DNA from: Nitrospirales bacterium
GTDB lineage: Bacteria; Nitrospirota; Nitrospiria; Nitrospirales; UBA8639
DNA length: 64,000 nt
Direction: 5' to 3'
Assembly: GCA_965203295.1 (NCBI GenBank)
Contig: CBDBCZ010000018.1
Location: forward strand, 2,432,001-2,496,000
How positions within the stretch are numbered: the stretch's first letter is position 1; the number at the start of each line of letters is the position of its first letter. Of the stretch, positions 12,059-24,859 are shown in pieces. The notes beneath the pieces were generated by a model. It saw only the letters and a program-made list of their open reading frames with translations, ran no database searches and had not been told where the DNA came from. The position numbers and the translations under genes are program-made.

Positions 12059-15000
12059 TGTATACTCTTCATACCTGTGTATATATGTATACTTGAGTAT
12101 ACCTGTGTATACATGTGCATACGTGTGTATGCCTGCGTATACTTGTGTATACCTGTGTTTACTTGTGCATACGTGTGTATACCTGCATATACTTGTGCGT
12201 ACCTGTGTTTACTCACGTACACAAATGTAGATACCTATGTATATCTCTTTATACCTGTGTGTACTTGTGTATGCTTGGGTATACATGTTCATACGTGTGT
12301 ATACCTACGTGTACTTGTGTGTACCTGTATTTACTCGTGTATACAAATGTATATACCTGTGTATACTTCCTTATACCTGTGTATACTTCCTTATACCTGT
12401 GTATACTTGTGCATACCTGTGTTTACGTGTGCATATGTCTGTATACCAACATTTCCTTGTGTATACCTGTGTTTACTCATGTTTACAAATGTAGATGCCG
12501 GTGTGTATCTCTTTAAACCAGTATACTTGTATACTTGTGTATACCTCTGTATACATCGGCACACGTGTGTATGCCCGCGTATGCTTGTGTATACCAGTGT
12601 TTACTCATGTATACAAATGAAGATACCCGTGTATCCCGGTTTACTTATGTATACCTGTATATACATGTTTATGCATGTGTATACCCACGTATACTTGTGT
12701 GTACTGGTGTTTACTCGTGTATACAAGTGTAGATACCCGTGTATACCTCCTTATACCTCTGTATACTTGTATATACCTGTGTATACATGTGCATACGTGT
12801 GTATACCTGCGTATACTGGGGTATACCTGTATTTACTCGAGAATACAAATGTTGATACCAGTGTATACTGGTTTATACCTGAGTATACATGTGTATACCT
12901 GTGTATACATATGTATACGTGTGTATAACCGCGTATACTTGTGCATGCCTGTGTTTAATCGTGTATACAAATGTAGATACCCATGCATACATCTTTATAC
13001 TTGTGTATACTTGTTTGTGCCTGTGTATACATGTGCATATTGTGTATTCCCCGCATATACTTGTGTATGCCTGTGTTTACTCGAGTATACAAATGTAGAT
13101 ATCCGTGAATACTTCTTTATGCCTTTGCATACTTCTGTATACCTGTGTATACATGTGTGTACTTGTGTTTACTTGTGTAAACACGTGTATACTTGTGTAT
13201 ACCTGTGCATACATGTGTATAGACGTGTAAACGTATGTAAACTTGTGTATACTTGTGTATACCCATGTAATCTTGTTTATACTTGTGTATAGCTGGTTTA
13301 TACCTGTATGAGCCTTTGTATACTTGTGCATACTTGTGTATTTCAGCGTATAATTGTGTATACACGTGTATTCTCGTATATACCCATGTATACTTCTGTT
13401 AACCTGTGTATACTTGTGCATATTTGTGTATACCCGGGTTTGCTGATGTAGGCACACCTGTGTATACTTGTCTATATTTGTGTATACCCTTGTTTATTGG
13501 TGTATGCATAACTGTGTATACTTGTGTATACACATGTATAATTGTGTATACCTGTGTAAAGCCGTGTTTAATGGTGAATTTTACCTGTGTATAGTTGTTT
13601 AACCGTGTATACTTTTTTATTCTCGTGTATACACCTGTATTCCTGTGTATGCTTGTGTATACCCGTGTATATACTTAATTAGTCATTTTTACTTGTGTAT
13701 ACTTGAGTAAACACGTGTACTTGTGTATACTGCCTTCTCTTTTATTCTTTCAGGAGATGGTAGTTCATGACTGGCCCATTTTTATGGCTCGCTGGCATCA
13801 CCAGAAGGGCCATACACTCAGTGATGTGTATGTTATGAATTTGGAACACTAGCATCCAAAGTATCAGGATAACAGCTCATATCTGGGGATAAAAGTATGT
13901 TAACAGAGGATAGGTAATGTAGATACCCTTGTATATATCTTTATACCGGTTCATATAGCGTATACCTGTTTATACATTTGCATACGTGTGTAAACCCGCG
14001 TATATTTCAGAATACCTGCGATTACTCTGGTATATAAATGTATATACTGTATACCCGTGTATACTTGTGTATACGAGTGCATACGTGTGTATACCCGTGT
14101 ACACTTGAGTATACTAGTGTATACAAATGCAAATACCCATTTATGCCTCTTTATACCTTTGTATACTTGTGTATGCCTTGTATACATGCGCACACGTGTG
14201 TATACCTGTTTTAACTTGTGTATACCTGTTTACTAGTGTATAAAACTGTAAATACCGTGTATGTTTTTGTATACCTGTGTATACATGTGCATACGTGTGC
14301 ATACCCGCGTATATTTGTGTTTGCCTGTTTATTCGTGTATACAAAATGTAGATACACATGTGTACTCTTTTTATGTCTGTGTATACTTGTATATACCAGT
14401 GTATACATGAGTATACGCGTGTATATCCTTGTGTATTCTTGTGTGTTCATGTGGATGTGTGTTTATACTCGCGTATACTTGTGCATACCTGTTTAAACTT
14501 TATACACATGTAGATACCCGTGTAAGCCTGTCTGTACCTGCGTATACCTGTGTATACATGTAAATACGCACGTATACTTGTGTATACCTGTTTATGAGAC
14601 TGTACCTGTTTATACACACTTACGCTTATGTATACCCGGTTTTACTCGTGTATAGTTGTGTATACCTATTTGTATATCTCTGTATACCTGTCTTTTCTTG
14701 TGTACACTTGTGTATAGCCGTGTATACCAGTAAATGCTTATTTACCTGTGTATGGTTGTGTCTACCACGGTATACTTGTGTATACACGTGTATGCTTTTG
14801 TATACAAATGTAGATACCCGAGAATACCTCTTTATACTTGTGTATACTTGTGTATACCTGTGTTTACTTGTGTATACAAATGTAAATACCCGTATATACC
14901 CTATTTATACCTATGTATACTTGTGCATACCTGTGTATACATTTCCACTCGAGCGTATACCCACGTATACTTTTGTATACCTGTGTTAACTCGTATATAC

Positions 15001-18000
15001 AAATTTAGGTACCCGTGTATACCTCTTTATACTTGTGTATAATTGTTTGTGCTAGTGTATACATGTACATATTGTGTATACCTGCGTATACCCACGTATA
15101 CTTTTGTATACCTGTGTTAACTCGTATATACAAATTTAGGTACCCGTGTATACCTCTTTATACTTGCGTATATCTTTTGTGCCTGTGTATACATGTACAT
15201 ATTGTGTATACCTGCGTATACTTGTGTATGCCTGTGTTAACTCGAGTATACAAATGTAGATATCCGTGAATTCTTCTTTATGCCTTTGCATACTTCTGTA
15301 TACCTGTGTATACATGTGTGTACTTGTGTTTACTTGTGTAAACACGTGTATACTTGTGTATACCTGTGCATACATGTGTATAGACGTGTAAACGTATGTA
15401 AACTTGTGTATACTTGTGTATACCCGTGTAATCTTGTTTATACTTGTGTATAGCTGGTTTATACCTGTATGAGCCTTTGTATACTTGTGCATACTTGTGT
15501 ATTTCAGCGTATAATTGTGTATACACGTGTATTCTCGTATATACCCATGTATACTTCTGTTAACCTGTGTATACTTGTGCATATTTGTGTATACCCGGGT
15601 TTGCTGATGTAGGCATACCTGTGTATACTTGTCTATATTTGTGTATACCCTTGTTTATTGGTGTATGCATAACTGTGTATACTTGTGTATACACATGTAT
15701 AATTGTGTATACCTGTGTAAAGCCGTGTTTAATGGTGAATTTTACCTGTGTATAGTTGTTTACCCGTGTATACTTTTGTATTCTCGTGTATACACCTGTA
15801 TTCCTGTGTATGCTTGTGTATACCCGTGTATATACTTAATTAGTCATTTTTACTTGTGTATACTTGAGTAAACACGTGTACTTGTGTATACTGCCTTCTC
15901 TTTTATTCTTTCAGGAGATGGTAGTTCATGACTGGCCCATTTTTATGGCTCGCTGGCATCACCAGAAGGGCCATACACTCAGTGATGTGTATGTTATGAA
16001 TTTGGAACACTAGCATCCAAAGTATCAAGATAACAGCTCATATCTGGGGATAAAAGTATGTTAACAGAGGATAGGTAATGTAGATACGCTTGTATATATC
16101 TTTATACCGGTTCATATAGTGTATACCTGTTTATACATTTGCATACGTGTGTACCCGCGTATATTTCAAAATACCTGCGATTACTCTGGTATATAAATGT
16201 ATATACTGTATACCTGTGTATACTTGTGTATACCTGTGTATACTTGTGTATACGAGTGCATACGTATGTATACCCGTGTATACTTGAGTATACTAGTGTA
16301 TACAAATGCAAATACCCATTTATGCCTCTTTATACCTTTGTATACTTGTAATCCTTGTATACATGCGCACACGTGTGTATACCTGTTTTAACTTGTGTAT
16401 ACCTGTTTACTAGTGTATAAAACTGTAAATACCGTGTATGTTTTTGTATACCTGTGTATACATGTGCATACGTGTGTATACCCGCGTATATTTGTGTTTG
16501 CCTGTTTACTCGTGTATACAAAATGTAGATACACATGTGTACTCTTTTTATGTCTGTGTATACTTGTATATACCAGTGTATACATGAGTATACGCGTGTA
16601 TATCCTTGTGTATTCTTGTATGTTCATGTGGATGTGTTCATACTCGCGTATACTTGTGCATACCTGTTTAAACTTTTATACACATGTAGTTACCCGTGTA
16701 AGCCTGTCTGTACCTGTGTATACCTGTGTATACATGTAAATACGCACGTATACTTGTGTATACCTGTTTATGACACTGTACCTGTTTATACACACTTACG
16801 CTTATGTATACCCCGTTTTACTCGTGTATAGTTGTGTATACCTATTTGTATACCTCTGTATACCGGTCTATTCTTGTCTACACTTGTGTATAGCCGTATA
16901 TACCAGTAAATTCTTATTTACGTGTGTATGGTTGTGTCTACCACGGTATACTTGTGTATATACGTGTATGCTTTTGTATACAAATGTAGATACCAGAGTA
17001 TACCTCTCTGTACTTGTGTATACTTGTGTATACCTGTGTTTACTTGTGTATACAAATGTAGATACCCGTATATACCCTATTTATACCTGTGTGTACTTGT
17101 GCATACCTGTGTATACATCCGCACTCGAGCGTATACCCACGTATACTTGTGTATACCTGTATTATCTCGTGTATACAAATTTAGGTACCCGTGTGTACCT
17201 CTTTATACTTGCGTATACTTGTTTGTGCCTTTGTATACATGTGCATATTGTGTATACCTGCGTATACTTGTGGATGCCTGTTTACTCGAGTATACAAGTG
17301 TAGATATCCATGAATACCTCTTTATGCCTTTGTAAACTTCCGTATACCGGTGTATACATGTGTGTACTTGTGTTTACATGTATAAACACGTGTAAACACG
17401 TGTATACTTGTGTATACTCGTGTATACCTGTGCATACATGTGTATAGACGTGTAAACTTGTGTAAACTTGTGTATACTTGTGTATACCCGTGTAACGTTG
17501 TGTATACTTGTGTGTACCTGGTTTAAACCTGTATGACCCTTTGTATACCTGTGCATGTGTATTTCAGCATATAATTGTGTATACTCGTGTATGCTCGTAT
17601 ATACACATGTATACTTCTTTTAACCTGTGTATACTTGTGCACATTTGTGTATACCCGTATTTGCTGATGTAGGCATACCTGTGTATACTTGTCTATATTT
17701 GTGTATACCCTTGTTTATTGGTGTATGCATAACTGTGCATACTTGTGTATACACATGTATAATTGTGTATACTTGTGTAAAGCCCGGTTTAATGGTGAAT
17801 TTTATCTGTGTATAGTTGTTTACCCGTGTATACTTTTGTATTCCCGTGTATACACCTGTATTCCTGTGTATGCTTGTGTATACCCGTGTATATACTTAAT
17901 TAGTCATTTTTACTTGTGTATACTTGAGTAAACACGTGTACTTGTGTATACTGCCTTCTCTTTTATTCTTTCAGGAGATGGTAGTTCATGACTGGCCCAT

Positions 18001-21000
18001 TTTTATGGCTCGCTGGCATCACCAGAAGGGCCATACACTCAGTGATGTGTATGTTATGAATTTGGAACACTAGCATCCAAAGTATCAGGATAACAGCTCA
18101 TATCTGGGGATAAAAGTATGTTAACAGAGGAAAGGTAATGTAGATACCCTTGTATATATCTTTATACCGGTTCATATAGTGTATACCTGTTTATACATTT
18201 GCATACGTGTGTAAACCCGTGTATATTTCAGAATACCTGCGATTACTCTGGTATATAAATGTATATACTGTATACCTGTGTATACTTGTGTATACGAGTG
18301 CATACGTGTGTATACCCGTGTAAACTTGAGTATACTAGTGTATGCAAATGCAAATACCCTTTTATGCCTCTTTATACCTTTGTATACTTGTGTATGCCTT
18401 GTATACATGCGCACACGTGTATATACCTGTTTTTACATGTGTATACGTGTTTACTAGTGTATAAAACTGTAAATACCGCGTATGTTTTGTATACCAGTGT
18501 ATACATGTGCATTCGTGTGCATACCCGCGTATACCTGTGTTTTCCAGTATACTCGTGTAAACGAAATGTAGATACACATGTGTACTCTTTTTATGTCTGT
18601 GTATACTTGTATATACCAGTGTATACATGAGTATACGCGTGTATATCCTTGTGTATTCTTGTGTGTTCATGTGGATGTGTTCATACTCGCGTATACTTGT
18701 GCATACCTGTTTAAACTTTTATACACATGTAATTACCCGTGTAAGCCTGTCTGTACCTGTGTATACCTGTGTATACATGTAAATACGCACGTATACTTGT
18801 GTATACCTGTTTATGAGACTGCCTGTTTATACACACGCTTATGTATACCCCGTTTTACTCGTGTATAGTTGCGTATACCTATTTGTATACCTCTGTATAC
18901 CGGTCTATTCTTGTCTACACTTGTGTATAGCCGTGTATACCAGTAAATGCTTATTTACCTGTGTATGGTTGTGTCTACCACGGTATACTTGTGTATACAA
19001 GTGTATGCTTTTGTATACAAATGTAGATACCCGAGTATACCTCTTTATACTTGTGTATACTTGTGTATACCTGTGTTTACTTGTGTATACAAATGTAGAT
19101 ACCCGTATATACCCTATTTATACCTGTGTGTACTTGTGCATACCTGTGTATACATCCGCACTCGAGCGTATACCCACGTATACTTGTGTATACCTGTATT
19201 AACTCGTGTATACAATTTTAGGTACTCGTGTGTACCTCTTTATACTTGCGTATACATGTTTGTGCCTGTGTATACATGTGCATATTGTGTATACCTGCGT
19301 ATACTTGTGGATGCCTGTTTACTCGAGTATACAAGTGTAGGTATCCATGAATACCTCTTTATGCCTTTGTATACTTCCGTATACCTGTGTATACATGTGT
19401 GTACATGTGTTTACATGTGTAAACACGTGTAAACACGTGTATACTTATGTATACTTGTGTATACCTGTGCATACATGTGTATAGACGTGTAAACTTGTGT
19501 AAACTTGTGTATACTTGTGTATACCCGTGTAATCTTGTGTATACTTGTGTGTACCTGGTTTAAACCTGTATGAGCCTTTGTATACCTGTGTATACTTGTG
19601 TATTTCAGCATATAATTGTGTATACTCGTGTATGCTCGTATATACCCATGTATACTTCTTTTAACCTGTGTATACTTGTGTATATTTGTGTATAACCGTG
19701 TTTATTGGTGTATTCATAACTGTGTATACATGTGTATACACATGTATAATTGTGTATACTTGTGTTAAACCGTTTTTAATGGTGAATTTTACCTGTGTAT
19801 AGTTGTTTACCCGTGTATACTTTTGTATTCCCGTGTATACATCTGTATTCCAGTGTATGCTTGAGTATACCCGTGTATATACTTAATTAGTCATTTTTAC
19901 TTGTGTATACTTGAGTAAACACGTGTACTTGTGTATACTGCCTTCTCTTTTATTCTTTCAGGAGATGGTAGTTCATGACTGGCCCAATTTTATGGCTAGC
20001 TCGCATCACCAGAACGGCCATACACTCAGTGATGTGTATGTTATGAATTTGGAACACTAGCATCCAAAGTATCAGGATAACAGCTCATATCAGGGGATAA
20101 AAGTATGTTAACAGAGGAAAGGTAATGTAGATACCCTTGTATATATCTTTATACCGGTTCATATAGTGTATACCTGTTTATACATTTGCATACGTGTGTA
20201 AACCCGTGTATATTTCAGAATACCTGCGATTACTCTGGTATATAAATATATATACTGTATACCTGTGTATACTTGTGTATACGAGTGCATACGTGTGTAT
20301 ACCCGTGTATACTTGAGTATACTAGTGTATACAAATGTAATTACCCATTTATGCCTCTTTATACCTTTGTATACTTGTGTATGCCTTGTATACATGCGCA
20401 CACGTGTGTATACCTGTTTTTACTTGTGTATACGTGTTTACTAGTGTATAAAACTGTAAATACCGCGTATGTTTTTGTATACCTGTGTATACATATGCAT
20501 TCGTGTGCATACCCGCGTATACCTGTTTTCCAGTTTACTCGTGTATACGAAATGTAGATACACATGTGTACTCTTTTTATGTCTGTGTATACTTGTATAT
20601 ACCAGTGTATACATGAGTATACGCGCGTATATCCTTGTGTATTCTTGTGTGTTCATGTGGATGTGTTCATACTCGCGTATACTTGTGCATACCTGTTTAA
20701 ACTTTTATACACATGTAATCACCCATGTAAGCCTGTCTGTACCTGTGTATACCTGTGTATACATGTAAATACGCTCGTATACTTGTGTATACCTGTTTAT
20801 GAGACTACCTGTTTATACACACGCTTATGTATACCCCGTTTTACTCGTGTATAGTTGTGTATACCTATTTGTATACCTCTGTATACCTGTCTATTCTTGT
20901 CTACACTTGTGTATAGCCGTTTTACTCGTGTATAGTTGCGTATACCTATTTGTATACCTCTGTATAGCGGTCTATTTTTGTCTACACTTGTGTATAGTCT

Positions 21001-23090
21001 ACCACGGTATACTTGTGTATACACGTGTATGCTTTTGTATACAAATGTAGATACCCGAGTATACCTCTTTATACTTGTGTATACTTGTGTATACCTGTGT
21101 TTACTTGTGTATACAAATGTAGATACCCGTATATACCCTATTTATACCTGTGTGTATTTGTGCATACCTGTGTATACATCCGCACTCGAGCGTATACCCA
21201 CGTATACTTGTGTATACCTGTATTAACTCGTGTATACAATTTTTGGTACCCGTGTGTACCTCTTTATACTTGCGTATACTTGTTTGTGCCTGTGTATACA
21301 TGTGCATATTGTGTATACCTGCGTATACTTGTGGATGCCTGTTTACTCGAGTATACAAATGTAGATATCCATGAATACCTCTTTATGCCTTTGTATACTT
21401 TCGTATACCTGTGTATACATGTGTGTACATGTGTTTACATGTGTAAACACGTGTAAACACGTGAATACTTGTGTATACTTGTGTATACCTGTGCATACAT
21501 GTGTATAGACGTGTAAACTTGTGTAAACTTGTGTATACTTGTGTATACCCCAGTAATCTTGTGTATACTTGTGTGCACCTGGTTTAAACCTGTATGAGCC
21601 TTTGTATACCTGTGTATACTTGTGTATTTCAGCATATATTTGTGAATACTCGTGTATGCTCGTATATACCCATGTATACTTCTTTTAACCTGTGTATACT
21701 TGTGTATATTTGTGTATAACCGTGTTTATTGGTGCATGCATAACTGTGTATACATGTGTATAAACATGTATAATTGTGTATACTTGTGTTAAACCGTGTT
21801 TAATGGTGAATTTTACCTGTGTATAGTTGTTTACCCGTGTATACTTTTGTATTCCCGTGTATACATCTGTATTCCAGTGTATGCTTGTGTTACCCGTGTA
21901 TATACTTAATTAGTTGTTTTTACTTGTGTATGCTTGAATAAAAACGTGTACTTGTTACTGCCTTCTCTTTTATTCTTTCAGGAGATGGTAGTTAATGACT
22001 GGTCCATTTTTATGACTCGCTGGCATTACCAGCAGGGCCATACTCAGTGATGAGTATCATGAATTTGGAACACTAGCATCCAAAGTATCAGGATAACAGC
22101 TCATATCTGGGGATAAAAGTATGTTAACAAAGGATATGTAATGTAGATACCCTTGTATATATCTTTATACCGGTTCATATAGTGTATACCTGTTTATACA
22201 TTTGCGTACGTGTGTAAACACACGTATACTTCGGAATACCTGTGATTACTCATGTATATAAATGTATATACTGTATACCTGTGTATACTTGTGTATGCGA
22301 GATCATACGTGTGTATACCCTTTTATACTTGAGTATACTTGTAAATACTAGTGTATACAAATGTATATATCCATTTATGCCTCTTTATACCTTTGTATAC
22401 TTGTGTGTTTGTATATGCGCACACGCGTATACCTGTTTTTACTTGTGTATACCTCTGTTTACTAATGTATAAAACTCTAAATACCGTTTGTTTTTTTATA
22501 CCTGTGTATACATGTGCAAACGGGTGCATACGCGCGTATACTTGTTTATGACTGTTTACTCGTTTAAACAAAATGTAGATACCCATGTGAACCCTTTTTA
22601 TGCCTGTGTATACTTGTATATACCAGTGTATACATGTGTATACGCCTGTATATCCTTGTATATTCTTGTGGGTTCATGTGGATGTGTTTATACCTGCGTA
22701 TACTAGTGCATACCTGTTTAAACGTTTATACACATGTAGATACGCGCGTAAGCCGGTGTGTACCAGCGTATACCTGTGTACACGTGCAAATACGTACGTA
22801 TACTTGTGTATACCTATTTGAGACTGTATATATACTTGTGTATACCTGTTTATACACACGCTTGCGTATTCTTGGTTTTACTCGTGTATAGTTGTTTATG
22901 CCTATTTGTAAACTTCTGTATACCTGTCCATTCTTGTGTATACTTGTGTATAGCCGTGTATACCAGTGAATACTTATTTACTTGTGGTATTGTACTGTCT
23001 ACCATGGTATGCTTGTGTATACACGCGTGTATACTTTTGTATAGTCGTGTATACTTGTGTATGCCTGTATAAACTTATATATATTTGTGT
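12059..23090 (+). repeat. GTATAC-based satellite array (TG-rich strand) with ~2.0-2.2 kb higher-order repeat
   Basis: ~10-bp degenerate units; a non-satellite block (ggagatggtagttcatgactggccc...) recurs at 13754, 15915, 17975, 19962, 21982, with a variant at 23117. Confidence 0.95.
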
Positions 23091-23369
23091 GTACTGCCTT
23101 TTCTTTTTCCTTTCAGGCGGTGGTTGTTAATGAATGACATTGTTGGCCCATTTTTATGGCTCGCTGGCATCACAACAAGAGCCATAAGCTCAGTGATGTC
23201 TGTGTGTCATGAATTTGGAACACTAGCGTCCAAAAGTGTTCAGATTACAGCTCCACTGTATGCAGTTAACTAAGAATAAAAGAACAAACAAAGGGTAAGT
23301 GATGTACAAAAGATTAAGCGACTAATTAAATCTTTATAATTTTGTATACCCACGAAATTTGTATATAAA

Positions 23370-24850
23370 AATAAAATGAAAAGAAAAGATTAAAAAAAGG
23401 AAAAACCAAAAATGAAGAAAAAGGAAAGAAAAGGAGGAAAAAGAAAAAGTAAAAAGAAAAAGAAAAACAAAAAGAAAAAAAAAAGAAAAATAAAAATTAT
23501 AAAAATTAAAAAGAAAAACGGAAAGAAAAAGGAAAAAAAAAGAAAAAATAAAGAAAAAAGATAAAGTTAGTAAAAGGAGAGATAAATGTTAAAGAAAAGA
23601 AAAAGAAATAGAAGAGAAAAGAGAAAAATAAAAGGAAAGAAGAATAAAAAAGAAAAAAAGAAAAATTAACCCTTCACACCCAAAACGAAAAAAAAAAAAA
23701 AATTAAATTGGTGAAAAAAAAAGAAAAATTGCACCTTTTGGGATTCGAACCTGGGAATGTCTATTCAATAGCCTTGAACTTACCATTCACACCATAGGCC
23801 TTGTACGGATGTCGTGACCAGAAATGGCTTATAAACCAAAATTGATTTTCAGATGTATTTATAAGGTATTGGGAATAATGATTTAAATGAAAGTAAAAGA
23901 AAGAAAAAGAGAAAAAGGCTGAAAAAATAAATAGAAAAAGTAATGTAGAAATAAAAAAAAATTAAATCGGCGGAAAAAAAAAGAAAATGTGTACCTTTTG
24001 GGATTCGAACCTGGGAATGTATATTCAATAGCCTAGTACTTACCATACACACCATAGGCCTTGTAAGGATGTGGTGGCCAGAAATGGCTTATAAACCAAA
24101 GTAGATTTTCAGATGCATTTATAAGGTATTGGGAATAATGATTTAAATGAAAGTAAAAGAAAGAAAAAGAGAAAAAGGCTGAAAAAATAAATAGAAAAAG
24201 TAATGTAGAAATAAAAAAAAATTAAATCGGCGGAAAAAAAAAGAAAATGTGTACCTTTTGGGATTCGAACCTGGGAATGTATATTCAATAGCCTAGTACT
24301 TACCATACACACCATAGGCCTTGTAAGGATGTGGTGGCCAGAAATGGCTTATAAACCAAAGTAGATTTTCAGATGCATTTATAAGGTATTGGGAATAAAG
24401 ATTTAAATAAAAGAAAAAGAAAGAAAAAGTGAAAAAGGCTAAAAAAATTAAAAAAAAGTAATGAAGAAATAAAAAAAAATTAAAACGGCGGAAAAAAAAA
24501 GAAAAGGTGTACCTTTTTGGATTCGAACCAGGGAATGTCTATTCAATAGCCTAGAACTTACCATACACACCATAGGCCTTGTAAGGATGTGGTGGCCAGA
24601 AATGGCTTATAAACCAAAAAAGATTTTCTGATGCATTTATAAGGTATTGGGAGTAAAGATTTAATTTAAAAAAAAAGAAAGAAAAAAGAAAAAAGGCTAA
24701 AAAATAAAAAGGAAAAATTAAATAAAAAAAAAAAGAAAAAAAAAAAAGAAAAAAAAAATAAAAAATGTAAAAAATAAGTAAAAAAAAATAATGGAAGAGA
24801 TAAAAAAACAAACTAAAATTTAAGAAAACCAAAAAAAAAAAAAAACCAAA
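23370..24850. repeat. A-rich low-complexity tract containing four ~260-bp tandem units
   Basis: ggattcgaacc at ~23741, 24001, 24261, 24519 (period 258-260). Confidence 0.9.
23732..24578 (-). ncRNA. Four degenerate tRNA-like Pol III-promoter units (~23732-23800, 23992-24060, 24252-24320, 24510-24578)
   Basis: Minus strand reads GGCCTATGGTGTGTATGGTAAGTACTAGGCTATTGAAT..CCCAGGTTCGAATCCC followed by T-runs: A-box-like TGGTGTGTATGGT, canonical B-box GGTTCGAATCCC, loose resemblance to tRNA-Gln; the cloverleaf is not intact. Confidence 0.6.
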
Positions 24851-24859
24851 TGTCTTTGA

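Larger units (their letters stand above)
6235..24850 (+). repeat. Left arm of giant inverted repeat
   Basis: tacccacagttcaacttctcacaatttgccc at 6235 is the reverse complement of the sequence ending at 52229; colinear mirror similarity continues through all internal modules to the A-rich tract at ~24850; mirrored ORF pairs (8742/49797, 11101/47429, 11626/46890, 12014/46471). Confidence 0.97.

Noticed and set aside
9150..23072. Dozens of V/Y/T/C-rich and Y/T/Q/H-rich ORFs up to 304 aa (also 36935-49259 and 58470-60437)
   Set aside because: Translations of the GTATAC satellite; they overlap in all frames on both strands and show no domain content.
23732..24578. Functional tRNA-Gln genes
   Set aside because: Acceptor and anticodon stems do not pair; only the promoter boxes are retained.
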